64,000 nucleotides of DNA. It comes from an uncultured Saprospiraceae bacterium. GTDB lineage: Bacteria; Actinomycetota; Acidimicrobiia; Spongiisociales; UBA5794. How positions within the stretch are numbered: position 1 is the stretch's first letter; every line of letters begins with the position of its first letter. Below are positions 1-8,469 of the stretch, one piece after another. Made by a program: the position numbers and the translations under genes. The DNA is taken from contig CAXMQO010000101.1 of assembly GCA_964195515.1 (NCBI GenBank), positions 45,092 to 109,091 on the forward strand, read 5' to 3'. The notes beneath the pieces were generated by a model that was not told where the DNA came from, ran no database searches, and saw only the letters and a program-made list of their open reading frames with translations.

Positions 1-103
1 GGCGCTGCTCCACCTCCACAGGCCGAAGCCAGAACGGCGAGCAAGGCGGCGATCAGGACCGGAGATTTCACTCACCGAGTATCGCGCGCCGGTCGGATGG
101 TGT

Positions 104-1495
104 CTACGAGGACGCCGCCATCCATTGGTCGATCATCTCATAGGCCTGTGCCTCCGAGTACGGACCATCCTCTACGCACCGTTCGTAGAGCATCCTCATG
201 ATCTCCCCCACTTGGCGCCCCGGTTCGAGACCCAGGTGTTCCATCACTTGATTCCCATCGATTGGCGGGCGCAGAGCATCGAGTTCCTCCTTCTCGCGGA
301 GTTCGGCAATTCGTTCTTCGAGTTCGTCGATCCCCCTCGAGATCACCCGTTCGCGACGCTTGTTCCTGGTCGTGACGTCGCAGCGCACGAGTTCGTTGAG
401 ATCATCGAGGAGGTGACCTGCATCGCGAACGTACCGACGAACCGCCGAGTCGGTCCAGCCCATCTTGAAGGTGTGCGGCCGCATGTGGAGGAACACCAAT
501 TGGGACACGTCCTCGGTGGTCTTCTTTGAGTAGCGGAGCGCCTTCATGCGGCGCCTCGCCATACGCGCACCCACGACCTCGTGGTGGTGGAACGAGACCC
601 CGCCCGGTCCGAATTCCCTCGTGTCAGGTTTTCCGATGTCGTGGAACAGCGCTGCAAGACGCAACTCGAGACGGGGTGACGTCTTCTCAACCACGGCGAT
701 CGAGTGTGCAAGCACGTCCTTGTGGTGATGGACCGGATCGACTTGGAGTGCCAGCGCCGGCAACTCGGGGATGAACTCTGCCGCGAGGCCGGTCTCGACG
801 AGGCCCCACAGTGCAGGCCCGACGTGATCCCCGATCATCATCCGATCGAGTTCGCCCTTGATCCGCTCCGCAGAGACAATCTCGAGACGCTCGTGCATGC
901 CGCGAACCGCATTCAGCGCTGCCTCGTCCGGAACGAAACCGAGTCGCGATACGAACCGGAACATGCGGAGCATCCTCAGCGGATCGTCGCCGAACGAGAT
1001 CTCTGGATCGAGTGGCGTGCGGAGCAGACGGGAGTGGAGGTCGACGAGACCGCCGAAGGGGTCCATCATCTCGGGGGAATCATCGTCCGAGGTGGGGATG
1101 CGGATCGCCATCGCGTTCACCGTGAAGTCCCGCCGGGAAAGGTCTTCCTCGATGTCGTCCGAGTACGTCACCTCGGGCTTGCGGCTCTCGTCGCGGTAGA
1201 TCTCCGATCGGAACGTCGTGATTTCGTGGACCCGTCCATCCCTGATCGCGCCGATCGTCCCATAGGTCTTGCCTGCCAGATACAGGTCAGCCGCCCACGG
1301 ACGCACGATCTCCTCTATCTCGTCGGGCCGGGCGTCCGTGGTGAAATCGAGATCGGAGTTCGGTTGATCAAGCAGAGCGTCGCGTACGCTCCCCCCGACG
1401 AGATAGAGGCGGTGCCCTGCCTCGTCGAAGCGTTCCGCAAGCTCGCGAGAAGCGGTCCCCGCAGCCAAGAGGTTCTGGAGCCGCGGAGGAATCAC
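104..1495 (-). CDS. cca: CCA tRNA nucleotidyltransferase / poly(A) polymerase family with HD domain
   Basis: LYLVGGSVRDALLDQPNSDLDF nucleotidyltransferase head, and HD motif FHDIGKP...FHHHEV. The ORF track extends to 1723 but overlaps rnhA; the likely start is near V77 (approx 1495-1525). Confidence 0.8.
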   Translation of the reverse strand: MIPPRLQNLLAAGTASRELAERFDEAGHRLYLVGGSVRDALLDQPNSDLDFTTDARPDEIEEIVRPWAADLYLAGKTYGTIGAIRDGRVHEITTFRSEIYRDESRKPEVTYSDDIEEDLSRRDFTVNAMAIRIPTSDDDSPEMMDPFGGLVDLHSRLLRTPLDPEISFGDDPLRMLRMFRFVSRLGFVPDEAALNAVRGMHERLEIVSAERIKGELDRMMIGDHVGPALWGLVETGLAAEFIPELPALALQVDPVHHHKDVLAHSIAVVEKTSPRLELRLAALFHDIGKPDTREFGPGGVSFHHHEVVGARMARRRMKALRYSKKTTEDVSQLVFLHMRPHTFKMGWTDSAVRRYVRDAGHLLDDLNELVRCDVTTRNKRRERVISRGIDELEERIAELREKEELDALRPPIDGNQVMEHLGLEPGRQVGEIMRMLYERCVEDGPYSEAQAYEMIDQWMAASS

Positions 1496-1524
1496 GCGAG
1501 ACTCCCTCCCGCCCAGCGGTCGGA

Positions 1525-1600
1525 CATGCTCGGCTGCAAGCTGCAAGCTCCAAGCTGCAAGACGGGGCCGGAGATCTTGTGGCTTGAAGCTTGTGGGTTG
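1525..1600. repeat. Palindromic heptamer-repeat element, copy A (GCAAGCT x3 ... CTTGAAGCTTGTGG)
   Basis: See the copy B entry. Located in the cca leader / rnhA 3' region. Confidence 0.5.
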
Positions 1601-1604
1601 ACGC

Positions 1605-2183
1605 TCATCTCTCCCTCCACTGGTTCGCCAACTGGTCCGCATACTCGTTCCACGTGTAGCCCACGTGGGCTTTGATCCACCGCAGTTCGAGTTCCGGGCG
1701 TTTCCGGAACACGGCGTATGCACGCCGAACGAGTTCGACGTTCTCCACGGGACCGGTCTTACGCTTCCAACCTCGGGCCTCCCAGCCGGCCGCCCACTCG
1801 TTGATCGTCCGTACGGCGAGATTCGAATCCGAGTAGACCGTGACCGCTGTGCCTTCGGGGATCATCTTCGCTCCCTCGATCAACGCCGTCAGTTCCATCC
1901 GGTTGTTGGTCGTTTCCGGATCATGACCGTGGGCCACGGAGAGAATCTCCCCGTCGACCACGTACACCGCTCCCCATCCACCGGGGCCTGGGTTCGGAAC
2001 ACATCCACCGTCGGTGAATACGCCCGTCTGTGGGTCTTCGCCGCGAGCCGGTCCGGCAGAAATCGGCTTCTTGCCGGGTTTGCAGTCGTGGCATTGTTTC
2101 GGAGCCCATCCGGGGTAACGATCAAGGACGTGCTGGGGCAGAGAGAACTCCGTGGAGCAGATCTGACAAGTGAAGCTGGGCAT
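1605..2183 (-). CDS. rnhA: Ribonuclease HI with N-terminal CxxC...CxxC extension
   Basis: VYTDGGC...GWGAV...TNNRMELTA...YSDS RNase H core motifs. N-terminus has FTCQICS...QCHDCKP zinc-ribbon-like spacing. The ORF track runs to 2270; the internal Met at 2183 is the likely start. Confidence 0.75.
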   Translation of the reverse strand: MPSFTCQICSTEFSLPQHVLDRYPGWAPKQCHDCKPGKKPISAGPARGEDPQTGVFTDGGCVPNPGPGGWGAVYVVDGEILSVAHGHDPETTNNRMELTALIEGAKMIPEGTAVTVYSDSNLAVRTINEWAAGWEARGWKRKTGPVENVELVRRAYAVFRKRPELELRWIKAHVGYTWNEYADQLANQWRER

Positions 2184-2305
2184 TGAGAGCAGGAGGGTAC
2201 CGACCGGAGACTCCGAAGCGGCGATCCTCGCGAGAGCAGACACCCAATAGACTTCGCGCCCTACTGCCAACCCGCATGTTCGGGCTGTCAGCTGTCAGCT
2301 CATAC

Positions 2306-3397
2306 CTACGCGCTCATCAACCCGCGCCGCTGCGCTGCGACCTTGAAGTCCGTCGTCGACGTCGCGTGGGACAAGGCGTCCTCGAACGACACGATTCCCC
2401 CTACGCACAGGGTGAGGATGGCCTGGTCATAGGTTCGCATTCCGAAGAACTCCCCCTCTGCGATGTCCACAGAGATGGAGGGCGTGGTCTTCTCGTCTTT
2501 GAGCTTTTCGGCGACTCGCTCCGTATTCACCAGCACTTCGACGGCAGCCGCGCGACCGTTGCCGTCGACTCGCTGGATGAGCTGTTGGCTGATGATCCCC
2601 TTCAGCGTCGTCGACAGGATCAGTCGCACCTGTTGCCGCTGGTACGGCTCGAAGGATTCAACGATCCGGTTGATCGTCTCAAGGCCGTCGAACGTCGGCA
2701 GGATCGCAATAACGAGATGGCCGGTCTCCGACGCGCGCAGCGCCGCGGCAACCGTTTCCCTATCTGGGAGCTCCCCGACGAAGATCGCGTCGGTGTCATT
2801 ACGCATCGCTGCTTGGAGACCGGAAGCGAACGAAGCCGTGTCGAGTCCGACCTCGCGTTGTGAAACCAGCGACTGACTATCGGGGAACAGGATCTCGATC
2901 GGATCCTCGATCGTCACGATGCTGCCTTTTCGCGTCGCGTTGACGTACTCCACCACGGAGGCGGCGGTCGTGGTTCGGCCGGATCCAGACGGACCGGTGA
3001 TCAGCAGCAACCCCGGTTTCTCATCAGCCAGTCTCTCGATAGCTGGGGGCAGACCGAGGGCCTCGAACCCTCCCTCGACGGTCCCCACGGTGCGGAGCAC
3101 CAGGGTCAACGAACCGCGCTGGCGGAACACGCTGACCCGAAAGCGGCCCAGGCCGGACCTGCCGATCGCGAAGTCGGCCTCACCGGAACTCTCGAGAGCC
3201 TCTCTTGCCCGATCCGTGCCGATCTCGTCGAGGTAGCGCACGGTGTCGGACGGAGCGACCGTAGGGAGTTCGGACCGGTGAATCATGCCGTTAATTCGGA
3301 ACGCCGGCGGCGAGCCGACCTTGAGGTGCAGATCGGATCCTCCGACGGCGGTCAGTTTCTCGAGTAGCAGGTCGAGAGACGGCAACAGTTCGTTCAC
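2306..3397 (-). CDS. PilT-like type IV pilus retraction ATPase homolog with degenerate Walker A (GSGRTT) and His box
   Basis: Collinear match to PilT: SDLHLKVGSPP, TIEDPIE, NQREV, ETGHLV, RIV, ISQQLI. Walker A Lys is replaced by Arg, and the second His-box His is replaced by Pro (ILPT for TLHT). TTG start at 3490 would overlap the HDAC gene; a GTG at ~3397 aligns with the PilT N-terminus. Confidence 0.7.
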   Translation of the reverse strand: MNELLPSLDLLLEKLTAVGGSDLHLKVGSPPAFRINGMIHRSELPTVAPSDTVRYLDEIGTDRAREALESSGEADFAIGRSGLGRFRVSVFRQRGSLTLVLRTVGTVEGGFEALGLPPAIERLADEKPGLLLITGPSGSGRTTTAASVVEYVNATRKGSIVTIEDPIEILFPDSQSLVSQREVGLDTASFASGLQAAMRNDTDAIFVGELPDRETVAAALRASETGHLVIAILPTFDGLETINRIVESFEPYQRQQVRLILSTTLKGIISQQLIQRVDGNGRAAAVEVLVNTERVAEKLKDEKTTPSISVDIAEGEFFGMRTYDQAILTLCVGGIVSFEDALSHATSTTDFKVAAQRRGLMSA

Positions 3398-3455
3398 ATT
3401 GGCTCCTCGGGCCCGGCGAAGGTTCTCGAATGTATCGGCGCTCCGAAGGTGACCC

Positions 3456-4457
3456 TTAACCGAGATCCCAGAACATTGAGAGCACCTCAACGGCGCCGTC
3501 GATCGACAGATCGCCGTCTTCCGGAGGACCGAGCAATGGAAGGCCCGACGCGTACCCGTTGAGGGTTGCCGTTACCGAGTCTCGGATCGCTCGAAGGTCA
3601 TACCCTCCTTCGAGGTAGAACACCGTGTTCCTATGCTGCATCGACTCACCGAGCGCCGCCGCCATCGCCCCGTAGTCGTCGGCGACCAAGGTCATCCCCC
3701 CGAGCGGATCAGCGGCGTGTCCGTCGTACCCGGCGCTCACGAGCAGCCAATCGGGTCCGAACTGGTCGAGGACCGGAAGAACGACTCTCGAGAACGCCCG
3801 TCGGTACACGGACCCACCGGATCCCCCACGGAGCGGGATGTTCACGGTCGCTCCGGTTCCCAACGCCCTCCCCACCTCTTGGATCCGCCCCGTCCCCGGG
3901 TAGAACGGAGAGCGGTGCAGAGATATGTAGAGCACGTCTGGCGAATCGAAGAAGATCTCCTGCGTCCCGTTCCCGTGATGGGCATCCCAATCGACGATGG
4001 CCACTCTCCGCCCGCGCGCAACGAGGGCTGCTGCGGATACGGCGACGTTGTTTATCAGACAGAAGCCCATCGTGCGATCGACCTCCGCGTGGTGACCCGG
4101 TGGACGAATCGCTGCGAACCCGACGTCAGCGTCTCCTCGCTCGATCCCCTCGATCGCCGTCAGACCCGCGCCCGCGGCGAATCGTGCGGCGTCCCACGAT
4201 CTCCCGACGGCAAAGGTATCGGAATCGATCGACCCGCCACCGGCGGCGCAGAAGTCCTTCAGTTGATCAAGGAACAGGGAGTCGTGCACAGCGAGCAACT
4301 CTTCTCTCGTCGCCGCTCGCGCCTCGACGAAGACGGTTTCGAGATCGCTCGCCACGGCGCCCTCGATTGCAGCAGCGACGCGCTCCGGCCGCTCCGGGTG
4401 TTGGCAGGGTGAGACATGCTCCAAGCTTGACGGATGAGTGACGAGTGTCGATCGCAT
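3456..4457 (-). CDS. Histone deacetylase / acetoin utilization (AcuC) family deacetylase
   Basis: HPERPER, DWDAHHGNGTQ and LHRSPFYPGTG motifs typical of the Zn-dependent HDAC/arginase fold. Confidence 0.8.
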   Translation of the reverse strand: MRSTLVTHPSSLEHVSPCQHPERPERVAAAIEGAVASDLETVFVEARAATREELLAVHDSLFLDQLKDFCAAGGGSIDSDTFAVGRSWDAARFAAGAGLTAIEGIERGDADVGFAAIRPPGHHAEVDRTMGFCLINNVAVSAAALVARGRRVAIVDWDAHHGNGTQEIFFDSPDVLYISLHRSPFYPGTGRIQEVGRALGTGATVNIPLRGGSGGSVYRRAFSRVVLPVLDQFGPDWLLVSAGYDGHAADPLGGMTLVADDYGAMAAALGESMQHRNTVFYLEGGYDLRAIRDSVTATLNGYASGLPLLGPPEDGDLSIDGAVEVLSMFWDLG

Positions 4458-4590
4458 CTCCACATGGTCCCACGCTTGCCGGCTCGAGGGCACATCGCGA
4501 GGACTTCCTCTTCAGCGTCGCACCCGGCATCGCGGTCGCCCGTCGACGGTATTCTGGCTCCCCCCTTAGGAGTGCGGAGGTGTCACACGA

Positions 4591-5319
4591 ATGGCCGAGC
4601 ATCCAATCCCGGTGCTCCAACGTGGCTCATGGCCGCAACCGATCCGCTTCAGGAGGGGATGGGCACGAGCCGAGGCCCGGCGCTGGAACGATCTCGTACC
4701 CGACGCCGCGTTGCGTCTCGTTCGCGGAGGGTCATCCTTCCTGGAGTTGTGTTCTGAGCGATTGAACGAGCTTGACGCTCCCTACATCTTCTCTCCCCCA
4801 CTTCCATCAACCAGTCGGCGGCCGTGGGAAGCCGCGGGATTCGTTGAGTTCGTTCCTCTCGCGTTCATGCGTCGCGACCTCGCCGAGCGAATTCCCTCAC
4901 CCGACCATCTCGTCATCTCTCCTCCCGACCACTCGGTCGCAGATCTACTGCGGATCGACCACGCCGCTTTCGATCGGTTCTGGAGATTTGATCGCTTTGG
5001 GATGGCCGAAGCTATCGCGGCGACCACAAAGACCAAGTCTCTCCTCATTCGCGGGCCGGACGGTGCTCCCGTTGCTTTCGCCATCGTCGGATTCGGTCAC
5101 GCCATGTCATACCTCCAGCGACTCGCCGTCCATCCCGATTGGCAGGGCCAGCAGATGGGTCGTTCGTTGATCCGCGCAGCTGCTCGCACCGCTCAGTCGG
5201 CCGGGAGCCGGGCAATGATGCTCAACACCCAGACGGACAACGATCCTGCCATCGCTCTCTATGCGTCCGAGGGTTTCGTCACGCTCCCCGAACCGCTCGC
5301 CGTGCTTCGTCGAGGTTGA
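4591..5319 (+). CDS. GNAT family N-acetyltransferase
   Basis: C-terminal LAVHPDWQGQQMGRSLI...YASEGF acetyl-CoA binding motif. Confidence 0.6.
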   Translation: MAEHPIPVLQRGSWPQPIRFRRGWARAEARRWNDLVPDAALRLVRGGSSFLELCSERLNELDAPYIFSPPLPSTSRRPWEAAGFVEFVPLAFMRRDLAERIPSPDHLVISPPDHSVADLLRIDHAAFDRFWRFDRFGMAEAIAATTKTKSLLIRGPDGAPVAFAIVGFGHAMSYLQRLAVHPDWQGQQMGRSLIRAAARTAQSAGSRAMMLNTQTDNDPAIALYASEGFVTLPEPLAVLRRG

Positions 5320-5322
5320 TCG

Positions 5323-6612
5323 ATGCCCCCTCGTATCCCCGATCGGTATCGGATGAACGTCCGACTTGGCGCCGACGGCGATATCGAAGAGTGGCTCGCA
5401 ACCGACGTGCACCTCGAGCGCCCCGTCTTGATCAGGTTTCCGGGACCCGACGCCGACGCCGACCGAATCGCTGCGTTCCTCGCTCCTGTTCGCGCAGCGG
5501 CGGCGACCACTCACCCCCATGTTCAGATGATCTACGCTGCGGAAGAAGTCGACGGCTCTGCGTTCGCGGTCGCGGAGTGGGACGGTGCCGTGACCATCGC
5601 CGATCGGCTCAAAGCGGGAGAGACGCTCCCCATCGCGGAGTACCTCACCAACGCGTCCGGTCTCGCCTCCGGCCTTGCAGCATTCCACGCGAACGGTGGT
5701 ATCCATGGTGCGATCGACCCGAGAGCGATCCACTTCTCAGCTGCCCACCCTGCACGGCTCGCCAGCTTCGGCCGGGTCCCTCTCACGACCACCCCGACCG
5801 ATGACACGTCTGCGCTCGCCGCAGCACTCCGCACTGCGATCACAGGAAGCGACAACCCTGCGGTCCGCCCGTCTCACGTTGCCGAGGGAATCCCCGCCTC
5901 AGTCGACGATGCGCTCGGAGCGGCCGAAGCCGGGATCCTCGACGCGAAGGGCCTTGCCGCCGCCCTGAGCTCCTCTTCGCTGCATCCACAACCAGACGGC
6001 GACCGGGCATGGTCTCTGAGGCCCCTCGTCCTGTTCGCCTTCGTTCTCGCGGCCGTCCTCATTCTCTCCATTGTCGGGCTTTCGATCGACGTCGATCCCG
6101 ATTCCCCGTTCCTCTACCCGGCCGCGCCGGCCAAACGGGAGCAGACGTCTCCCGCGAACACGGCCCCGGCAACGGACACACCGACGGAGAACTCCATACC
6201 GGCCGTGGTCACCGTCTACGACCCTTTCGGCGACGGCATCGAGAACGATGAGTCTCTTGCCGCCGTGGTGGACGGAGATCGAACCACTGCGTGGGAGACC
6301 GAACCGTATCCCACCCCGCTCGACGAGACGAAGGAAGGTGTAGGGATCATCCTGGAACCTCCGGTTCCCGTCGGAGCGATCGAGATCACCGGGACGCCGG
6401 AGACCCGCTTCACCGTTGCATGGAACGAGACACGTCCAGACGTTCCCGGCGACTGGGATCGCATCGGCTCAGCACAGATCCTCACGGGGACAACGCGACT
6501 CGACGTGGCGCACCGGGAGAAGGGATTCTGGCTCGTCTGGGTCACCTCCCTCCCACAACGGACCGACGGTTCGTATGGGACCTCCATCACTGAGATTCGT
6601 CTCCTCCCGTGA
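5323..6612 (+). CDS. Membrane-anchored pseudokinase with extracytoplasmic domain (MviN C-terminal-like)
   Basis: Kinase-like N-terminus with degenerate motifs: glycine loop GADGDIEE, VLIR for VAIK, HGAIDP for HRDxKP, no DFG. Single TM helix (LVLFAFVLAAVLILSIV), then a ~170-aa C-terminal extracellular domain. Confidence 0.55.
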   Translation: MPPRIPDRYRMNVRLGADGDIEEWLATDVHLERPVLIRFPGPDADADRIAAFLAPVRAAAATTHPHVQMIYAAEEVDGSAFAVAEWDGAVTIADRLKAGETLPIAEYLTNASGLASGLAAFHANGGIHGAIDPRAIHFSAAHPARLASFGRVPLTTTPTDDTSALAAALRTAITGSDNPAVRPSHVAEGIPASVDDALGAAEAGILDAKGLAAALSSSSLHPQPDGDRAWSLRPLVLFAFVLAAVLILSIVGLSIDVDPDSPFLYPAAPAKREQTSPANTAPATDTPTENSIPAVVTVYDPFGDGIENDESLAAVVDGDRTTAWETEPYPTPLDETKEGVGIILEPPVPVGAIEITGTPETRFTVAWNETRPDVPGDWDRIGSAQILTGTTRLDVAHREKGFWLVWVTSLPQRTDGSYGTSITEIRLLP

Positions 6613-6658
6613 AGAAGAACTTCGCCTCCCGGCGTCGACCGGACCAGAATCAGGCTCG

Positions 6659-7234
6659 ATGACCCTTCGTTCCTCAGAAGACCTCGAATTGATCCGCCGC
6701 TACCTCGAAGGTGACGTATCCGCATTCGACGAACTCATGCGTGCCCACGAAGACCGCGTCTTTGCGATCTGTCTCCGCATGATGCGGGACCGGGACGCGG
6801 CTCTCGATGCAACTCAGGACGTCTTCCTCACCGTCTTCCGAAAGGCAGACCGCTACAAGGAACTAGCTGCCTTCAGCACCTGGCTCTACCGCGTCGCCGT
6901 GAACACTTGTTATGACCACCTGAGACGGCAGCAGCGAAAGCGCACCGAGTCACTCCCGGAGCACCTCGATCCCGCGGACCCTCGCAGCGACGACGAGTTC
7001 CGTTCCGTTGAACTGCGTCCGGACATCGAGATGGCGCTTGCCAGGCTTACACCGGAGTTTCGCTCTGCCGTGGTCCTCGTCGACCTCGAGGGCATGTCGC
7101 TAGAAGGAGCCGCGGATACCCTCGAGATACCGATCGGAACGGTGAAGAGCCGTGTCTTCCGGGCGCGAAAGCAACTTTCCAAAGATCTCGGGAACTTCGC
7201 ACCCGGCTCAGAGCATCCAAGTGATGAATCATGA
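6659..7234 (+). CDS. ECF RNA polymerase sigma factor (SigM-like)
   Basis: Sigma-70 region 2 (FDELMRAHEDRVFAICLRM...WLYRVAVN) and region 4 (VDLEGMSLEGAADTLEIPIGTVKSR). ATG at 6659 is chosen within the longer ORF track entry. Confidence 0.85.
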   Translation: MTLRSSEDLELIRRYLEGDVSAFDELMRAHEDRVFAICLRMMRDRDAALDATQDVFLTVFRKADRYKELAAFSTWLYRVAVNTCYDHLRRQQRKRTESLPEHLDPADPRSDDEFRSVELRPDIEMALARLTPEFRSAVVLVDLEGMSLEGAADTLEIPIGTVKSRVFRARKQLSKDLGNFAPGSEHPSDES

Positions 7235-8124
7235 ACGAACGTAATCAAGAACTCATCGTCGATCTGATTGGCGGCCGTCTCTCCCTGGACGAGGAACGAG
7301 CGGCCTTCGCTCGAATTGAGAACGATCCCGACTTCCGTGCCGAGTACGAGACACAGATATCCGCCATCTCCATGCTCGAAGCATCTTCGACCCCATTGAT
7401 GACACCGGACGAGCGGTCGACGCTGCACGCGGCGCTCCGTCAGCAACTCCACCTCGACGACACCCCCGTTCCGATCGTCGCCGTCACTTCCCGATGGCAG
7501 CGCTGGTGGGCGCCGCTCGGCGGTCTCGCAGTGGCCGCTGCCGTGGTTGTCGGCGCCGTCGTCATTCTTCCCGGTGCCCTGTCGAGCAGCGATTCGGACG
7601 AGAGTTTCGAGATGGCTTCCGCGGAGATCGCCACCACCGCGCCGAACGCATCACTTGCTGACGGTCTCGCCGAGGAGACCGGGGACCAAAACGGAGGCGC
7701 CGACGCCGCAGCACCACAGGCTACGGAGAGTGCTGTCGCCGGGGGAAGCACTGCCGACGAGGACGTACCGTCCACGACGACCGCGGCAGCCTACGACGCG
7801 GCCGAAGCTTCGACTCCTCTTCCATACCTGTCCGACATCGATCTCGAGGCGCTCGAGAGTGAACTCTCTTCGGACCCGGAATCTCTCAGGAACGGCATCT
7901 CAACGCCTTCGACCAAGTCCTCCGAACTCGACCCCTCCCAGGTGGAGGCGTGCCTCGATTCGCTGCGCGCGGACGATACGGCGTCGTCCTTCTCCCCCAT
8001 CGCGACCGCGACCTACGAGGGCACCGAGTCCGTAGTGGTATCGGTCTCCCCTTCTGAAGGGGATCCCTTCCTCATTGTCTTCGCCGTGGACTCGTGCCGG
8101 GAGCTCGCCAGCACACGGGGATGA
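7231..8124 (+). CDS. Anti-sigma factor, single-pass membrane protein
   Basis: ATGA start/stop overlap with the sigma gene. N-terminal cytoplasmic anti-sigma region, TM helix WWAPLGGLAVAAAVVVGAVVIL, and a low-complexity extracytoplasmic tail. Confidence 0.65.
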   Translation: MNERNQELIVDLIGGRLSLDEERAAFARIENDPDFRAEYETQISAISMLEASSTPLMTPDERSTLHAALRQQLHLDDTPVPIVAVTSRWQRWWAPLGGLAVAAAVVVGAVVILPGALSSSDSDESFEMASAEIATTAPNASLADGLAEETGDQNGGADAAAPQATESAVAGGSTADEDVPSTTTAAAYDAAEASTPLPYLSDIDLEALESELSSDPESLRNGISTPSTKSSELDPSQVEACLDSLRADDTASSFSPIATATYEGTESVVVSVSPSEGDPFLIVFAVDSCRELASTRG

Positions 8125-8155
8125 GCGTCGCGTCATTCGACTATCCTCCTTGGAC

Positions 8156-8467
8156 ATGACCGATCGACCGCGCAACGACTACCCGACCAAGATCGCCGAT
8201 TTCCTCGAACAGATTGCTACCCGCATCCGTTCACTCACGGTGGATCGTGCATCTCTGGCGGTTACGTGGACGGCGATCGGACTCGTCGTAGCGACGCTCG
8301 CGGTCCTTGCTGTGATCTGGCTGCTCGTCGGTTTCTTCCGTGCTCTCGGTACCCTGATCGGACAGGAACTGGCATATGCCGTCGTCGGGGGCATATTGCT
8401 CCTCGTCGGCGTGTTCCTCTGGGTGAAGAGATATCCAGACGACGAGACGACACCACCACAGGAGTGA
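8156..8467 (+). CDS. Small hypothetical two-TM membrane protein
   Basis: Internal ATG. Two hydrophobic helices. No recognisable family. Confidence 0.35.
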   Translation: MTDRPRNDYPTKIADFLEQIATRIRSLTVDRASLAVTWTAIGLVVATLAVLAVIWLLVGFFRALGTLIGQELAYAVVGGILLLVGVFLWVKRYPDDETTPPQE

Positions 8468-8469
8468 CC

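Noticed and set aside
104-1723. N-terminal 70-80 residues of the longest cca ORF
   Set aside because: This extension would overlap the rnhA 3' end by about 120 nt. It is R/S/T-rich with no homology and is probably a longest-ORF artefact. The same reasoning was applied to the fhaA (to 51142), tadA, thiolase and btuF-like ORF extensions that run over tRNAs or the riboswitch.
3566-4441. 291-aa and 259-aa plus-strand ORFs inside the HDAC gene
   Set aside because: They are antisense to a deacetylase with strong motifs. The translations are R/P/S-rich nonsense.
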